A stretch of 60,028 nt of DNA, counting the filler, from Dirinaria sp. TL-2023a (lineage: Eukaryota), in assembly GCA_051941275.1 (NCBI GenBank). It is 9 parts of 9 records of this genome, joined end to end, with 100 filler letters (N's around TTAATTAATTAA, not from the genome) between each part and the next. Parts side by side here need not be neighbours in the genome. Positions count along the whole stretch, not along the records: positions 53,465 to 60,028 come from JAVEBF010001461.1; 8 more parts are not named here. One strand, given 5' to 3'. Below are positions 59,260 to 60,028 of the stretch, piece by piece. The notes below the pieces were generated by a model, which was not told where the DNA came from, searched no databases, and worked only from the letters and a program-made list of their open reading frames with translations. The stretch's first letter is position 1. Every line of letters begins with the position of its first letter. The translations under genes and the position numbers were made by a program.

Positions 59260-60028
59260 CGCGGCGGCTTCATTGTTGTCCGTGACTACTTCCAGCGGGG
59301 GAAGCCTCTAGATCTTCTTTTCTAAAGAACACGCGTTCAATAGTGAGTGCAAGTCATGAGCTAGATCCTGCCGCATAATCGCACAGGTAGTCTCGTGGTG
59401 GTAGTGAAGCTTGAGGTTCGCCGTGTTGGACAAATAGGCGCGCCATTCCGCAATAGGAATAGCACCTCTCCGTCAGGTCTGAAAGAGCGACCCCGAGGTC
59501 CCCCAAAGCATGCCTTTTAACTCGTAAATCATAAAAGCTCCAATTAACTTGAATCTTCGATATTAGTACACAGAATCTTCCATGAGATATGCAATAGCAC
59601 AGCAAAACGGTTTGCGGGCCGAAGAGACCCGCGGGAACCAACTGACTGCATCAGACATGCTCCAAAGTCTAGGATGCCATGCGGATCTGACACCGACTGG
59701 AACCACTATTCTCACTAATTATCCTATTTTCCGCAACCAGTCGCTCCATGAGCATCATCTACATGATATCTCCCAAGGCCTACATTATTAGTATTAGGTA
59801 GCACGACGATCAAACATACAGGTATGATAAGTCAAGAACTTAAAATCCATGCTTACCAATCCACTAAACTGGACGCTATAAATATCGAAGCTTCTTTTTC
59901 TGTACTCCAGCTGTGATCCTCCCCAGAGCTACATATGAGCAATCACATCTCTCTTCTTCTCCCTCCGTAAACCCCATCCCATCCCCTCTCCTTCCTGCAC
60001 CATAAGACAAAAAAAATGGATACTCCCC

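Noticed and set aside
1..60028. tRNA, rRNA, CRISPR arrays or intact transposons
   Set aside because: I could not see any cloverleaf, rRNA signature, repeat-spacer array, terminal repeats or transposase/RT motifs by eye. tRNAscan-SE, Infernal and RepeatMasker would be needed to exclude them.

Overview
This is eukaryotic DNA from a filamentous ascomycete: short GT-AG introns with CTRAC-type branch points and typical Pezizomycotina genes. The window is not contiguous. It is nine contigs of 6610, 6597, 6584, 6580, 6580, 6577, 6572, 6564 and 6564 bp, joined by artificial 100-nt N44-TTAATTAATTAA-N44 spacers, so no gene order can be read across spacers. The highlight is on contig 1: an intact three-exon gene (2280-6102, about 1238 aa) for a complete animal-type nitric oxide synthase. 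It has a CX4C zinc motif, a heme oxygenase domain, and FMN and FAD/NADPH reductase domains. It also shows unusual active-site substitutions, no recognisable calmodulin site or C-terminal tail, and a 24-aa N-terminal repeat. Contig 5 carries a very divergent Spo11/Top6A-like gene next to two genes I cannot assign to a family. The rest is mostly housekeeping or metabolic: AIF/AMID-like oxidoreductase, quinone oxidoreductase, Arb1, inositol polyphosphate multikinase, SMP-30, membrane protein, cytochrome P450, alcohol dehydrogenase, transcription-factor-like protein, MTG1, ISY1, CAP59/GT69, CysRS, TRM61, HFI1/ADA1 and a FUSC/ArAE2-like protein. All assignments come from motif recognition by eye, not database searches.
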